A stretch of DNA of 64,000 nucleotides, from the NCBI RefSeq assembly GCF_009914755.1, contig NC_060938.1, one strand, 5' to 3'. A model generated the notes under the pieces. That model worked only from the letters and a program-made list of their open reading frames with translations. It was not told the origin of the DNA and did not search any database. This stretch comes from the human T2T-CHM13v2.0 reference genome, Homo sapiens. This document shows, piece by piece, positions 1 to 18,596 of this stretch (its first letter is position 1; each line of letters opens with the position of its first letter). The translations under genes were made by a program, and so were the position numbers.

Positions 1-190
1 CTTTTCATGATTTTCTACCTGCTTTATATTCTAGCTGAGATGGCTGCTGATGAGATGGTGCCCACTCAGATTAAGGGTGGGTCTGCCTTTCGCAGCCCAC
101 TCACTCAAATCTTAATCTCCTTTGGCAACACCCTCACAGACACACCAGAATCAATAATTTGCATTGTTCAATTCAATCAACTTGACACAC
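1..190 (-). mobile_element. MLT2A-type LTR (HERV-L family), partial
   Basis: gatggtgcccactcagattaagggtgggtctgcc...ctcctttggcaacaccctcacagacacac is the reverse complement of the MLT2A LTR 5' part as I recall it; cut by the window start. Confidence 0.75.
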
Positions 191-475
191 ATTTGTGTGT
201 GTGTTTGTGGGTTCTTTATTCTACATATCACAAACTCCCATTTCCAAGGAAGATATTTGTTACCTACTTTTTTGTGAAACTGGATTCAAGTGCATAGGTC
301 ATCTCAGTAGAGTCGTCTATGGATAAGACAGAAACATATATTGTTTCCCAGTTATAATTCTCAGTCTCAGAAGTGATACAATTAATAGTCTTTATTAACG
401 TTTTTTAGAACAATTTTAGTCATATAAAATTTATAAACACCATGCAAACTGTATCATTCATTGATTAGATACATA

Positions 476-551
476 TTAGGTTGGTGTAAAAGTGATTTTG
501 GTTTTTGCCATTACTTTTAATAGCAAAAACCACAATTTTGCATCAACCTAA
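476..551. mobile_element. MADE1 (Hsmar1-derived MITE) with TA target-site duplication
   Basis: ttaggttggtgtaaaagtgattttggtttttgccatt...aatagcaaaaaccacaattttgcatcaacctaa is a near-palindrome, with TA at 474-475 and 552-553. Confidence 0.92.
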
Positions 552-967
552 TAGAGAATTGTGCAGCTATAATCTCTATCTAATTTTAGAACATATTTAT
601 CCTCCTCTAGAAAACAAATTTCCTGCCCATTGATGCCTTATCCTCCCTCCTTTATCAAGCAACCACTATCTACATATGTCTTTATTGCCTAGCCCATTCT
701 GAACATATTACATTGTTGGAATTATATAAAACTGGTCTCTTGTCTGCCTTCTCCTAAGCAGAATAATGTTTTTGAGGTTCATTATATTGTAGCATGTAAT
801 GGTATTTACTCTTTTTTATTGCTACAGTTTATTCTATTGTAAAGTTACTTTATCCATTTATTAGTTAATGAATATCTGCATGGTTTCTACTGTTAGATTA
901 TTATGAATATTGCTGTCCTGACATTTATGGACAAGTGTTTGTGTAGACATATGGTTTCATTTTTCTT

Positions 968-986
968 TTTTTTCTGTTTTGTTTTG

Positions 987-1017
<31 letters not shown>

Positions 1018-1299
1018 GAGATGGAGTCCTGCTCTGTCGCCCAGGCTGGAATGCAATGGCACAATCCTGTCTCACTGCAACCTCCACCTCCTAGGTTCAA
1101 GCATTTTTCCTGCCTCAGCCTCCTGAGTAGCTGAGATTGCAGGCATGTGCCACTACGCCCAGCGAATTTTTGTATTTTCAGTAGAGGCGGGGTTTCACCA
1201 TGTTGGCCAGGCTGGTCTCAAACTCCTGACCTCAGGTGAGCCACCTGCCTCTGCCTCCCAAAATGTTGAGATTATAGGCATGAGCCCCTGCGTCTGGCC
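968..1299 (-). mobile_element. AluS with (TTTTG)n tail
   Basis: Full dimeric Alu; degenerate TSD atggtttcatttttctt / atgtttttatttttctt. Confidence 0.95.
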
Positions 1300-2414
1300 A
1301 TGTTTTTATTTTTCTTTGGTAAATACCAGGAGTGTGTTGCTTGGTCATATGGGAACTCTGTACGTAACTGATTTTCAAAGTGCCTGTGCAATTTTACATT
1401 TCCAAGAGCAATGCATAAGTATTCCTCTTTTCTTATGTCTTTGTCAATACTTATTGTTTGTCTTTTTGATAATAGCAGTTTTAGTGACTGTGAAGTAGTA
1501 TTTCACCATATTTTTATTTATTGCTCTGACTGATTATGGTGACTACCTTTTTGATGTGATTATTGACCTTCTTTGAATACATGTCTACTCATATTCTATA
1601 CCCTTTTCCTTAATTGCATTATCATTTTTCTTTAGTTATGAGTTCTTTAAATATTCTGCGTGTGTGCAAGCTTTCTATCAGATCTATAGTTTTAAAGATT
1701 TTCTACAATTGTTTGGTGTTGTCTTTTTAACTGATAGTTTACTTTGCGATAAAAACATTTTAAATTTTGATTAGTACACTATTTATTTTGTCTTTTATCA
1801 CTTATGTCTTTGCTTTGATGTCTATGCAATCATTTTCTAAACCAGGGTCACAAAGATTTACTCTTATACTATCTTCTACGAGTTTAATAGTTTTAACTGT
1901 TTTATTTAGGTCCATAGATTCTTTTAGAGTCTTTATGTTTAATATGGTGTGAGGTTGGGGTCAAAATTTGTCAATTTGAATGTGGATATTTATTTAGCTC
2001 TTTGATTAAGCTACTATGCCCAACCAAATTGGCAGCCTTACTGAAAATCAATTGACCCTATAGATAAGAGTTTATTTCTTTATCCTCAGTTATATTACAT
2101 TGATCTTTATATCTAATGTTATATCAGTATTACATTGTTTCAATCACTACAGCTTTATTGTAAATTCTAAAATTGGCAAGTGTGAGTGCTCCAAATTTAT
2201 ATATTTTTAAAGATTGTTTTGTTTTTGCTATTTTTTTACATATGAATATAAATTTCAGGGTTGTCTCTTAAATATCTTTTAGAAAGTAGAGTTTTGATAG
2301 GGATTCTGTTGAGTCAGGAAATCAATTTGGGGAATTTTGCCATTTTAATGATAAGATTTCCATTCCACAAATGTCTTTCCATTTAACTATTTTTTTTTAA
2401 ATTATTTTAAATGA

Positions 2415-2770
2415 TGGCTTAAAAATGGGCATAGAATCTGAATACATATTTCTCCAAAGAAAACATACAGATTATCAACAATTATATGAAAAAAGGTGCT
2501 TAATAAACTAGATATTAGAAAAAAGCAAATGCAATGTAGATGAGATATCACTTTGTACATTTTAGGGTGGCTTACCAAAAAGTCAAATGGAAATAAATGT
2601 GGGCAAGGGTGTGAAGAACAGGCAACCCTTGTACACTGTTGGTGAGAATGTAAGTTGGTACAGCATTACAAAATACAGCATGGAGATACCTCAAAATAAT
2701 ATTTTTTTAAACTATACAATCCAACAATCTCACTTCTAGGTATGTATTCAAATAAAATGAAATCAGTAGT
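2415..2770 (+). mobile_element. Internal L1M(A) fragment (end of ORF2/start of 3'UTR), opposite to its host L1
   Basis: aaaaatgggcatagaatctgaatacatatttctccaaagaa...gtacactgttggtgagaatgtaa; no poly(A). Confidence 0.75.
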
Positions 2771-3127
2771 TTCCAGTTTCAATCTTACATTACACTTAAA
2801 TAAATTTGATTTTAAAAATTTTTTTATTGCCCATTGCCAGCATAGTAAATTATTTTTTATGTTGATGTTGTATTCTGCATCCTTATTGAGCTTGTTTCTT
2901 AGTTCTAATAGGTTTTTATTTTTGTTTTTGTTGATTTCCTGGGATTTTCTACATATAAGATTATGCCATCTGTAAATAAACGCAGTGTTATTTTTTTCTT
3001 TTCCAAACTGAATTCTTTTCTTTTTTTTTTTGGCATAATTTTACTAGCTAAAATATCTAGCCCAATCTTAAATAGAAGTGTTCAAAGCAGACATCATTGT
3101 CTTATTTTCAATGGAAGCGGGGAAAGA

Positions 3128-3165
3128 TTTTTTTTTTTCTTTGAGATGGAGTCTCGCTCTCTTGC
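3128..3165 (-). mobile_element. Extremely 5'-truncated Alu (about 25 nt plus tail) with TSD
   Basis: poly-T + tgagatggagtctcgctctcttgc, flanked by aagattttttttt on both sides. Confidence 0.8.
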
Positions 3166-3211
3166 AAGATTTTTTTTTCACTATTATATATGATGTTAGA
3201 TGCAGGTTTTT

Positions 3212-5340
<2,129 letters not shown>

Positions 5341-8300
5341 AGATGCACTTTTTAAAACAGGTTATGATGTTTTATTCTATTAGGATGATGTATTACATTA
5401 ATTTATTTTAGGATGTTAAACCAACCTTGTTTAATTATAATAAAACCTAATGACTTTTGATGTATAATCCTTTTTTATGTTACTGGACTTGTGTTGTTAG
5501 TTTTTTGTTAAGTTTTTTTTTTTTTTGTCTATATTCATGAGGATTATTGTTGTGTAGTTTTTTTTTTAATGTGTTTTTCTGTCTCATGATATCTCTGTCA
5601 GGCTTGACTAAAAGAATAATATAGACCCTGAGTTTGGGTGCTTTCCTCCCCTTTTGTCTGGAAGACTCCATTAAATATTGATATTAATACTTCTTTAAAT
5701 GTTTTGTAGAATTTACCAGTGATACCCCCAATTTCACTTCTGTATATGATATTTTTATGTTTTCATAAACTCATTTGATTAGTTTGATCGTAAGTGGATG
5801 TTAAAATTTTATTAACTTTTATTCTATGTATCATGATCCAGTCATTTGTTTTTCCTCCTTTATTCCATAATAATGTGTTGTATTCATTGAAAATTTTTAG
5901 AATGTTACAAATATGGCAATCATTGTGAAAGTATTCTTTTTACAGTGTATTATTATTTATATATAAATGAATTCAATCAGCTAATATTATATTAAGGATG
6001 CTTGTCAGGACTTGAAATAAGATTCCTGTGAATCTCATACAAGTTTCCCCCTTCTCTTTTTTGGAGAGGTTTTTGTATTGGATCTGTATCATTTCTTTCT
6101 CACATCTTTGACAAAATCCACCAGCAAGGTTGTCTACATATGGAATTTTTATTATAAAAAGGTTTTAAATTTCAATTTCTTTCAGGTATATTGAGCTATT
6201 TAAGTTCTGTTTTTATTCTTACTTTATTGTTTGTCTTTCAAAAATGATCTATTTTATTTAAATTATCATATTTATTGCTAGAAAGTTTTCTATAAAAACT
6301 TCTTATAATCTCATGTATTACATAGAATCAGTACATATTTACTTTGTTTCATTTCTGATATTGGTAACAAGTATATCTTTTTAACTGAGCAATCCTGGTA
6401 GAGCTTTACTATTTTTAGTAATTGTTTCAAAAACAAATTTTTACTTTAGTGAGTATTTACAGTTGTCTATTATTTACTTAACTTTTATTGTTTTCTTTAT
6501 TTACTTCTTTTTATATGGACTTCACCATTTTCAGATTTATAGAAATTCATGTCATTAATATTATAGCTTTTTCTTTCTAATACAATATCTAAAGTCTTAA
6601 ATGTCCCTCTAAGCTCCCATTTTATATATGCCCTATCAATTTGACATCTTATTATTATTATTCTTTGTTGCAGAAATTGTTTAGAGGTATCCTTTTTCCC
6701 AAAAAGATTGTGTGCACATACTGTCTTACATTTTACTTTTACATATGCAAGAAGCCTGAAAATAGATTGTTTTCATTTTACTTTAAGTTGCCTATATATA
6801 ATACTGTTCCCTTTTGATGTTTTAAGTGTTAGATAATATTTCTAAGCAGGTTTTAAAACAGGGAAAATCTCATAAATGCTATAAAGCTAACATCTTAGTT
6901 ACAGTGGATAAAACACTAAAATGAATGAAACAAAGTAACTTTCTTCATGCTTAGATCAAAACCCTCTCATGGGTCTCTGAATGTGATGAACATTTCAAGT
7001 AGGTATGTAGGTGACCACCAAGAAAACTGAAGGTTATATCTTATTTCATCTGTTTTGGTTATTGTTCCAATAAACCAAGATAAAGGGAACCTTGAGAGAC
7101 TGAACAATATCTGCATGTAGAGAAAAGTGAAAAAATGGTTCTTTAGACTGTAAAATTAAAATATTTATCTCCAGATGACTTTTTCTAAAGGATCTTTCAG
7201 GTAAGAGATAATAGTTTCTGTAGCATCCTTTATAGTAGTAGAAATAAACAACTTTGTACAATCTATCTTCTTAGGAGAGTCGTTGTGTTATTATTAGCAC
7301 CAACAAATTTTACGCTAGTAAGTTGTCAATCTAAATCACCTGCTCCATTTTATAAAGTTACATTACAAGAGACAAATTATATAATAATACACAGAACCTG
7401 CCTCTGTGAGTAATTGGCTTCTTTACAAAGTTCCAGATGATAAATACGGTTAAGTGCCATCAGTGATAAAGTATTATGTTTACAAAATTAAACTCTAGTA
7501 GGTATATATATATGTAATAAATTATGTAGCTTCCAACATGCTCAATTATTGTCTTGCCTTCCTTGCTGTATTTATCACCAAATATAAATAGGTTTGACCC
7601 TTGACACTTAAGTCAAATGTCTTGTGCAGCCTTGTTTTCTTATATTTTTTTGAAGGTCAAATTCAAATTGACTGGCATAGGGTGGAGGAACTGTTAGTTT
7701 TCTATTTTTTTCTTACTGTTTTTTGAGATGATTGCTTGTCACCCTTTTATTTCTCTTCAGGATTCCAATCCACCACATTCTTTTAGTTTTTAGCTGTAAG
7801 AACTTTTGCTCTGCCTCAGTTTTCTTTCCTTAACTCCTCACCCTACAGAAAATCTCTCTGTGTATTTTAGTGCACAAGAGCTTTGGTTACAGATATTTTC
7901 TCCTCTAATTATCTCTGTGTTTAAGTGATTTTAGCTAGTGGTTTATATTTAAATTACATATATGCACAGATACTTCTAAATTAATACTTTACCCAAAACT
8001 TTTACTATTATAATTCTACTTTAATATATCTCTGTTATATATCAACTTTCAGGTCATCTCAAACACACAATGTCAAAGCCTGCATTCTTCACTGAATGCT
8101 TCCTGTGAACACCAAGGATCTTCACTCGCAATTTTGGCTGCTTGGAGATCAAATGTCTCCAGACAATCTCTGAGCCCTAGAAATTTATTCCATACATCCC
8201 TCTTACTGATTTTTACTTAATTATTTTGTGTCATTAAGATATTATGTAAACATTACATTTTCATCTAAATGTTAAAAACTATGCCTTTCATATTCACTTC

Positions 8301-10054
8301 TTACATTCATCTAAGATTATATGATAAAATGTACAGAGATTCAGTTTCATTTTTTCTTTATTAACAACCAATTTCTCACCAAAATAATCAAATAAACCAT
8401 CTTTTCCTACTTATGTCAAATCAAATTTACATATACAAAAAAGTCTAATTTTGGACTGTTTACTATTTCATTTCTTTGTGTCAATACCACACTGTGTTAA
8501 TTACTAGAACTTCATAATATCTTTATATTCTGCAAAGATTCCCTCCACTAACAACTTGCTCATTTTAAGTGCTATTTTAATGTTCAGACTAGTTGTCTTC
8601 CTACTCTTGATCCTCATGGCATATTATAAACATCTTGTTTGTTCCATAACATGCTATATCATTATTTTGATAAAAATTATATTATGTTTATAGATCAGCA
8701 TGGGGTGATTGCATATATTTGTCAATTTCAATAAATTTAAAATTCAGATACTTAACTCCCTCATTGTATTAAACTTGAATATCCTTATTTTACTCTCATT
8801 CTTAATATTTTTTTCTGAGTAAACTATTCTAAAGTGGAAGCTAGACATTATCCTATGTCATTTAATGTCCATTTTTATTGTTGGAGATTCCATAGTATAT
8901 ATTTGACCATAGTTTTTGGTTATCTGTTTTGTTGTTGTTCTCTGTGTTATAAAGATGTTCTCACTTTCTTTAGCATTCAATAATATGTATATAAATGTAT
9001 GTTTACTTATCCTGCTGTACTTTTGCACAATGTATTTGGATTTATATTTTTCATAGTCTTAAAATTAGTTATTATTTCTTTAGGTATTGCATTATTTTCA
9101 TTCTCTGTCTTCTTTACACCTAAACTTCAATGAATAGATGTTCTAACCATTTAATATAATCCCCCATGTCACTTAATTATTTTATGCTTGCTACATTCTG
9201 TGTTTCATATGTATGTTCAGTATCACTAACTATTATTCTTCAGCTATATACATATTTTTAAATTCAGATGTCCTTAGTGTTCTTAACTGTAGTGGTTGTA
9301 TCTCTAGATTACACAAATTCTCTATTTCCTAACTGAATAAATGAATGAACAAACCAATGAATAAACAAGACATTGGAATTATGTGAAGCAGGAAAGGCAA
9401 TTACCAGAAAATAGATCATTCATATCAGAAAAGAAACAAACAAAATTAAAAAAATCTAAAATTTCACTGTAATTGGATATATAATTTGTGGCAGTTATAC
9501 CAATTATAAAACTATTATTACATTATTGAGTGTGCACATATTTTTGTTCAGTTAAAAATTTCAACACACGATGAAAAACTAGGTACATATGTAGTGATCT
9601 TATATTAGTTGCAGAGTTATTCAGGGAAGTTCTAATATGCATATTCAACCCAAATCATAGGATGAAGAAAAAGAGGAATATAACCATTGTACTAGGGAGG
9701 CAGTCCTACCAAACGAAATTATGCCTAAGAGTTATCATGAGACAAAAGCCATGCTCTTCTTTCAGTGTTTATTATTCTAGTCTCTTCCATAGGCTGAACA
9801 CCACTAATGTTTAAAATGAAGCACTATGAATTTATAGTTTACAAATAAATACTTTTATGTACTTTGGGAATATTCATTTATATAAATAAATAAATATACA
9901 TATGTATGTGTATATATATGTAAATACATTACAAGGATGTTTACACAAAGCTAACTTCAATGTGTTTTAATAGTGACAGAAGGAATTCCAAGAATTATTT
10001 TGATTATGCATAATGTTTTCCTTATTCACCAACTTGGGATGCAAACCATTTGTA

Positions 10055-10470
10055 TATGTTATCTTTTTGCTTTAGCAATGATGCATAACAAACGACCTGG
10101 AAAATAGTTATCTTAAGCACAACCACTTACTTTGTGTTCATAGATATATGGTTCAGCTGCATCTCTGCTTGACTCTGGTATGTTCTAAGGTGATCAGTTA
10201 GACTTATACCCAAGCCATGGGTTCGCCCTAAATATGTTCCATGTGTCTTAACGTTTCAGGGCTCAAGCAAAAAAAAGCCACACTCTATCTTTGGCATGAA
10301 ACTTTTATATCTGTGTACAGTAGCACAAGGGAAAACAAACTGATCAATGCAAGAACATATAGCCTCTGCTTGGATATGTTCATGTGTCATATTCCCTAAC
10401 ACTATTTTAGGCAAAGTGAGTCATATTGAGAAATTCAACCTCCAAAGAGTAGTGAAATAAAGTACTCCCA
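10055..10470. mobile_element. Old MLT1-type MaLR LTR
   Basis: gcataacaaacgacctggaaaatagttatcttaagcacaaccacttac and ggcaaagtgagtcatat resemble MLT1 LTR motifs; highly diverged. Confidence 0.45.
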
Positions 10471-10569
10471 AAGAAAAAACTAAAGACAATCAATGTTTTT
10501 GAATCATAAAACAACAGCTATCACACTAGGTAAGTATGATTTCATTGCAACTGAAATTTCCTTGTGAAA

Positions 10570-14228
<3,659 letters not shown>

Positions 14229-15509
14229 AATCCTGCAATATTATTTGTATGACTCTAGTTAGGATCATATTATTCACTTAAAAATTAGGGAAAAGTTAGA
14301 TTTCAGATATATTTGTATTATATTTTTCCCAAACTTAGGCTTATTTGATTTCAGAATTTTAATGAGATTTTAACAGCTTTTTATAACTTATTTGCATTGC
14401 TTTATAACTTATTTGCATTGTTTAAACTTGTGACGAAGAATGTTAAACAAGTTGTTTGAGATTTCAACACATACTGTGATTTGGTCTGCTAATTAGCATT
14501 ATAGAAGCAGAAGTGCTGAAATATCATAGATGTGTTATTTATAGAGAATTTAAATTTCTTCAAAGTAAATTCGTTTACTATTAACCGTTCTTTGCAGAAA
14601 AAATTTGCTATAGCTATATTTAATGAGATCCATAAATCACAACTAATGGACTATGACTCAGATTACCATGAATTTATGATGCTAAGATACGGACTTAGGC
14701 ATCTATATTTCTATGACTAGTTAAATATGGGTTGAAATATTTATAGATGAGAAGAAAAGTTTTAATTTTTTAAAACAACAGCAATACAATGTTACGTGTC
14801 TCTTTCTTCTGTTTGGTTCATAAATATTGATATAACAAACACTGCTGATCAAAACTGGGAAATGAAAATATGCAGACAGGAGAGCATGTTAACCTAGAAA
14901 ACTTAGCTAACAAAAAATGAAGAAAGAAAAAGTTCTGGGGATGAGGAAGATGAAGACAGAAAAAAAAGTATGTGTATTATTGCTTCACTAATCACATCAG
15001 TGCCCTATGTTTAGCAGCTAGTAACACTCAGGTCTCTGGTAGTACACCAAAGCCTACACCACACTAGCACACAAATTATTAGATCATTGTAATGTCTGCA
15101 CTCTTAAGAGCTAAAATGTGAATGTCTTCAGTTTTGCTAAAAGGAGTACGTTTCAAAACATAACTAATATGATATTTTCTTTTATATATTTTAATATTTT
15201 ATAATTTTCACCTATTTTTAGACTTTTCTACCACCATGATAACTAAAGATATGTTCAGCTACTTTGACATTTCACCCAAAATCTAAAGTGCTTGATGAGG
15301 GGCAGATCTTATTCCTTATCTTTCTTTTCCAGTACATGTGATATGATAATTGATTAATGTCTTATTGATAGTTATTTAGATGTTTTCCCAGCTTTTCTTT
15401 TATTGTCATATTGATAGTACATGGCTAGCTGGTTTGCATGTATATATTGCAGTAATGATGAGAGTGTGGCAAACATTATTGAATAAATGCTTAACATCAG
15501 ATAAGTACT

Positions 15510-15902
15510 TTTCTATCCTCTCTTGCAATTAGGATAACTCCATTCTAAACATCAGACTTAACATAAAATCTGTTGGGCAGATTTTCAGTAAGATACTTTA
15601 CTTTCTGAGAGATGTCATAGGTGTGCTGCTGTTCCATCCTCCTTCTTCCTTCCTGGAATGCACATTTTACATCTGCAGATTAGATGGGCATACTGAAATC
15701 ATGAAGAAACAAGTACAAGGAGAAAAATACAAGACACTATTGATGGCAGAAAAGAATGAGAGAAAATCTTGAAACTGGTCAGAGTTTGAACTAATTTACC
15801 AACACTAAATAATAGCTATGTCCAATTATCTGAGGAAAACATAAATCCCTAGTTTTTTAGGCATGATTTATCAAGTTTTCAATTCTTTGCTGCCAAAAAC
15901 AT
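15510..15902. mobile_element. Old MLT1-type LTR remnant
   Basis: tctcttgcaattagg, cttccttcctggaatg and the terminal ataaatccctagtttttt...tgctgccaaaaaca. Confidence 0.4.
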
Positions 15903-16319
15903 GTCTACATTATGTGTACTGTTTATGTAGAATAAATGGTAGCAGAGAATTTTCTGGTCAAAAAGTACATACATATATATATTTAACTGTAATTATTAAC
16001 ACCAATTTTCCTACAAAGAGTTACTCAAACTTAACACCCTACCAACAGGAAATGGAAATGCTTGTTTTCTTGCAACATCTCTCCAATATAAAATAACATA
16101 GTTTATGTATTCACTATACTTTATTAAGTTCTTACCAGGTGCGTGGCACTGTGCTAATTATATCAATGGGAAATTAAAAACGATATGGTCCATGACTTCC
16201 ATGTTTCTTATTTTATTTTCATAATTTTATATTTTTCTTAATGAATCCTGGAAAACTAGTTTGGCCTTAGTGTTTCATATTTTGTGTTACTCCTGTGATT
16301 GGGATCAGAGGAGAGTATA

Positions 16320-16515
16320 GGAAAAAGTTTAAAGAACAGATTCTAGAATTAATCTGCTTGGGGTTGGAATCTTGTAGCTACTAATAGTTATGCAGTGACA
16401 GCTCATTTAAATTTCATGAGCCTCAGTTTTCTCACCTGCAAAGTGGGGATTTTAAGAGTGGCTATCACAACACCTATGAGTTTTAAGCATCTAGAAGAGG
16501 GTCTGTCTAAAGTCA
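16320..16515 (+). mobile_element. MIR
   Basis: MIR core gagcctcagttttctcacctgcaaagtggggat. Confidence 0.75.
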
Positions 16516-17382
16516 CTTGATAGTGTCATGCGATTTTAATATATTTTTAAATTTGTATGTATTTTTATACGTATTAAAAATCTTATTATACAAATTTTTG
16601 TGTAATTGCCTTATTGAAATGTGTACTGCTTACATAATGTTTGTTGACACTATAGTGTTTCTAAATATTTCCATATTGTCTGAAAATAATCATATTATCC
16701 ATTTCTTTCCAGTATTTATATTTCTTACCTTTATCTTGTCTAGTAAAATTAACTAGAATTTTCAGAACAATATTATAAGTATTATGTTACAAGGGTACCT
16801 AATTGAAGCACTGTCTCACCTATTTCAACTCTGCTATTACTCTGTGAAAAGACACTGATGATATACTGCAATCTTTTTTGCAAAGCCTAATTTATTATCT
16901 AGTGAGCTCATTTTTATCACGTTTTTAATAAATTGTCAGTTTTCTTTTATATGTTTTAGAATATAAAATTTCTGTTTTCAGAAATAAAATTACTGTTGTA
17001 TGAAGTGTTGTTATGGTCTTCTTCCAGAAGGCCTCCTGCCTTTTCGTCTTGGTATCTGCATCTGTTCTTTCTCCCTCTTTAGATTTTACTACACTTTATT
17101 TCTTGTCATTCCTTGCTGTAATTTTTTTACGTAGCTTCTGTGTCTTTAAAAACTCTTGTTCATTATATCAAATTAATTAGCTTTAATTCAATTTAGTAGT
17201 TAAATTATTAATTTAAATTAAGTTTTTTATTGTGAAAAATGAATCTTTGCCTGAAAAAGGTCATATTTAGTTCTTCTACATGCACAGTAATAGTGTGTGT
17301 GAATTTTTTTCTCTGACCTCCATTTAGCAAGGCCTATGTGTTGAAACAAGGTCAGTGGAACAAACAGTCTCCTCTCTTTCAG

Positions 17383-17780
17383 GTGTCTATTGCCATTGAT
17401 AATACTGCATAATAAGCCTGGTGAAAACTTACTGTATTAAAACAACAAACATTTATTTATCCTACTATTACATAGTTTGACAATTTGTGTTCAGCTCAGT
17501 TTGACCTGCCTGATTTCAACCGGGCTATCGTGCATCTGTAGTCAGCTGCTAGGTTAGTTGGGGTTCACTAAAGTGTCTAAAATTGCTTTATCATTTACAA
17601 CTTATTTTTTCTCCAACAGGCTAGCGTCATCTTACTCATATGGTAGTTGCCATATTCTAAAGAAGGCTGAATCCCAGTTCAAATAATTGGGAATTAGACA
17701 ACACTTTTTGATGGGAGAAACTGCAAATGAAGGTACAAGGATAATTGCAGTTATTTTTACAAATAATTTAACCATATCTC
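17383..17780. mobile_element. Old MLT1-type LTR
   Basis: aaaacttactgtattaaaacaacaaacatttatt...gcatctgtagtcagctg...ttgatgggagaaactgcaaa. Confidence 0.55.
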
Positions 17781-18130
17781 AGTCATAAGGAGCTATAGTA
17801 GATTTCATTTTGAAATTTTTTTTTCATTTATTTTCTCATATGTAATTTAAAGTATTTGAGTCATATAGAATTTCATTTCAAAATAACCAGAAAAAATTGA
17901 TTATAATTTGGAGGTTTTAATTTAACACTACTACTTGTTTGATATATAAATGTTGATTTGAGCTTTCCCATATGTTTGAAACACATTACTGAATCACTAG
18001 CTCTTAGACAGTTCAACAGCTAAATGCCTGTATAATTTAGTTTGATTAATCAGTGGGGCAACTAAATACCTGGCCACCCTCCAGGTATTTATGTGACTAC
18101 ATGCAGCTTGCCAAAAAAAAAAAAAAAAAT

Positions 18131-18210
18131 GCTAATAGTATTCACATTTGGTTACTACATACACTGGAACGCTAATAGTATTCACATTTGGTTACTACAT
18201 ACACTGGAAC
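18131..18210 (+). repeat. Perfect 40-bp tandem duplication after an A-run
   Basis: gctaatagtattcacatttggttactacatacactggaac x2. Confidence 0.97.
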
Positions 18211-18596
18211 TTGCTGAAGGAGCATAATTTTTTTTTCAGCCAACAGTAAATAAGCACATTTTGTTGATGAGTCATAGGTTTTGGAAATGACTGTTTCTAC
18301 CTCTGCAACTACTAAATACTAAGTGCATTCTGAGACGGTGAAAAGCTATATACTTAAAAATCCCTTTAGACTATGTCCCCTGTCCCTGTTCCCACATCCC
18401 AACATTGCCACCAGATGCATCCAACCACACTCCAAATTTCTCTCTAGGAAATATTTGGAACATCATTGGCTGCAATAAACTTTGAAGTTAATTTATATTC
18501 CATAAATTTGAGTTTGTGTCTAAATGCATACATACGCATTTAGAGAAAAAAACTAATATAATTCCATCTTTGATGCCAAGAATAAAATAAAATTAT

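Noticed and set aside
7741-7802. Possible micro-exon (tttctcttcag ... gtaag)
   Set aside because: Splice-like motifs alone are frequent by chance; no other support.
14380-14420. 21-bp tandem duplication
   Set aside because: Ordinary short slippage duplication.
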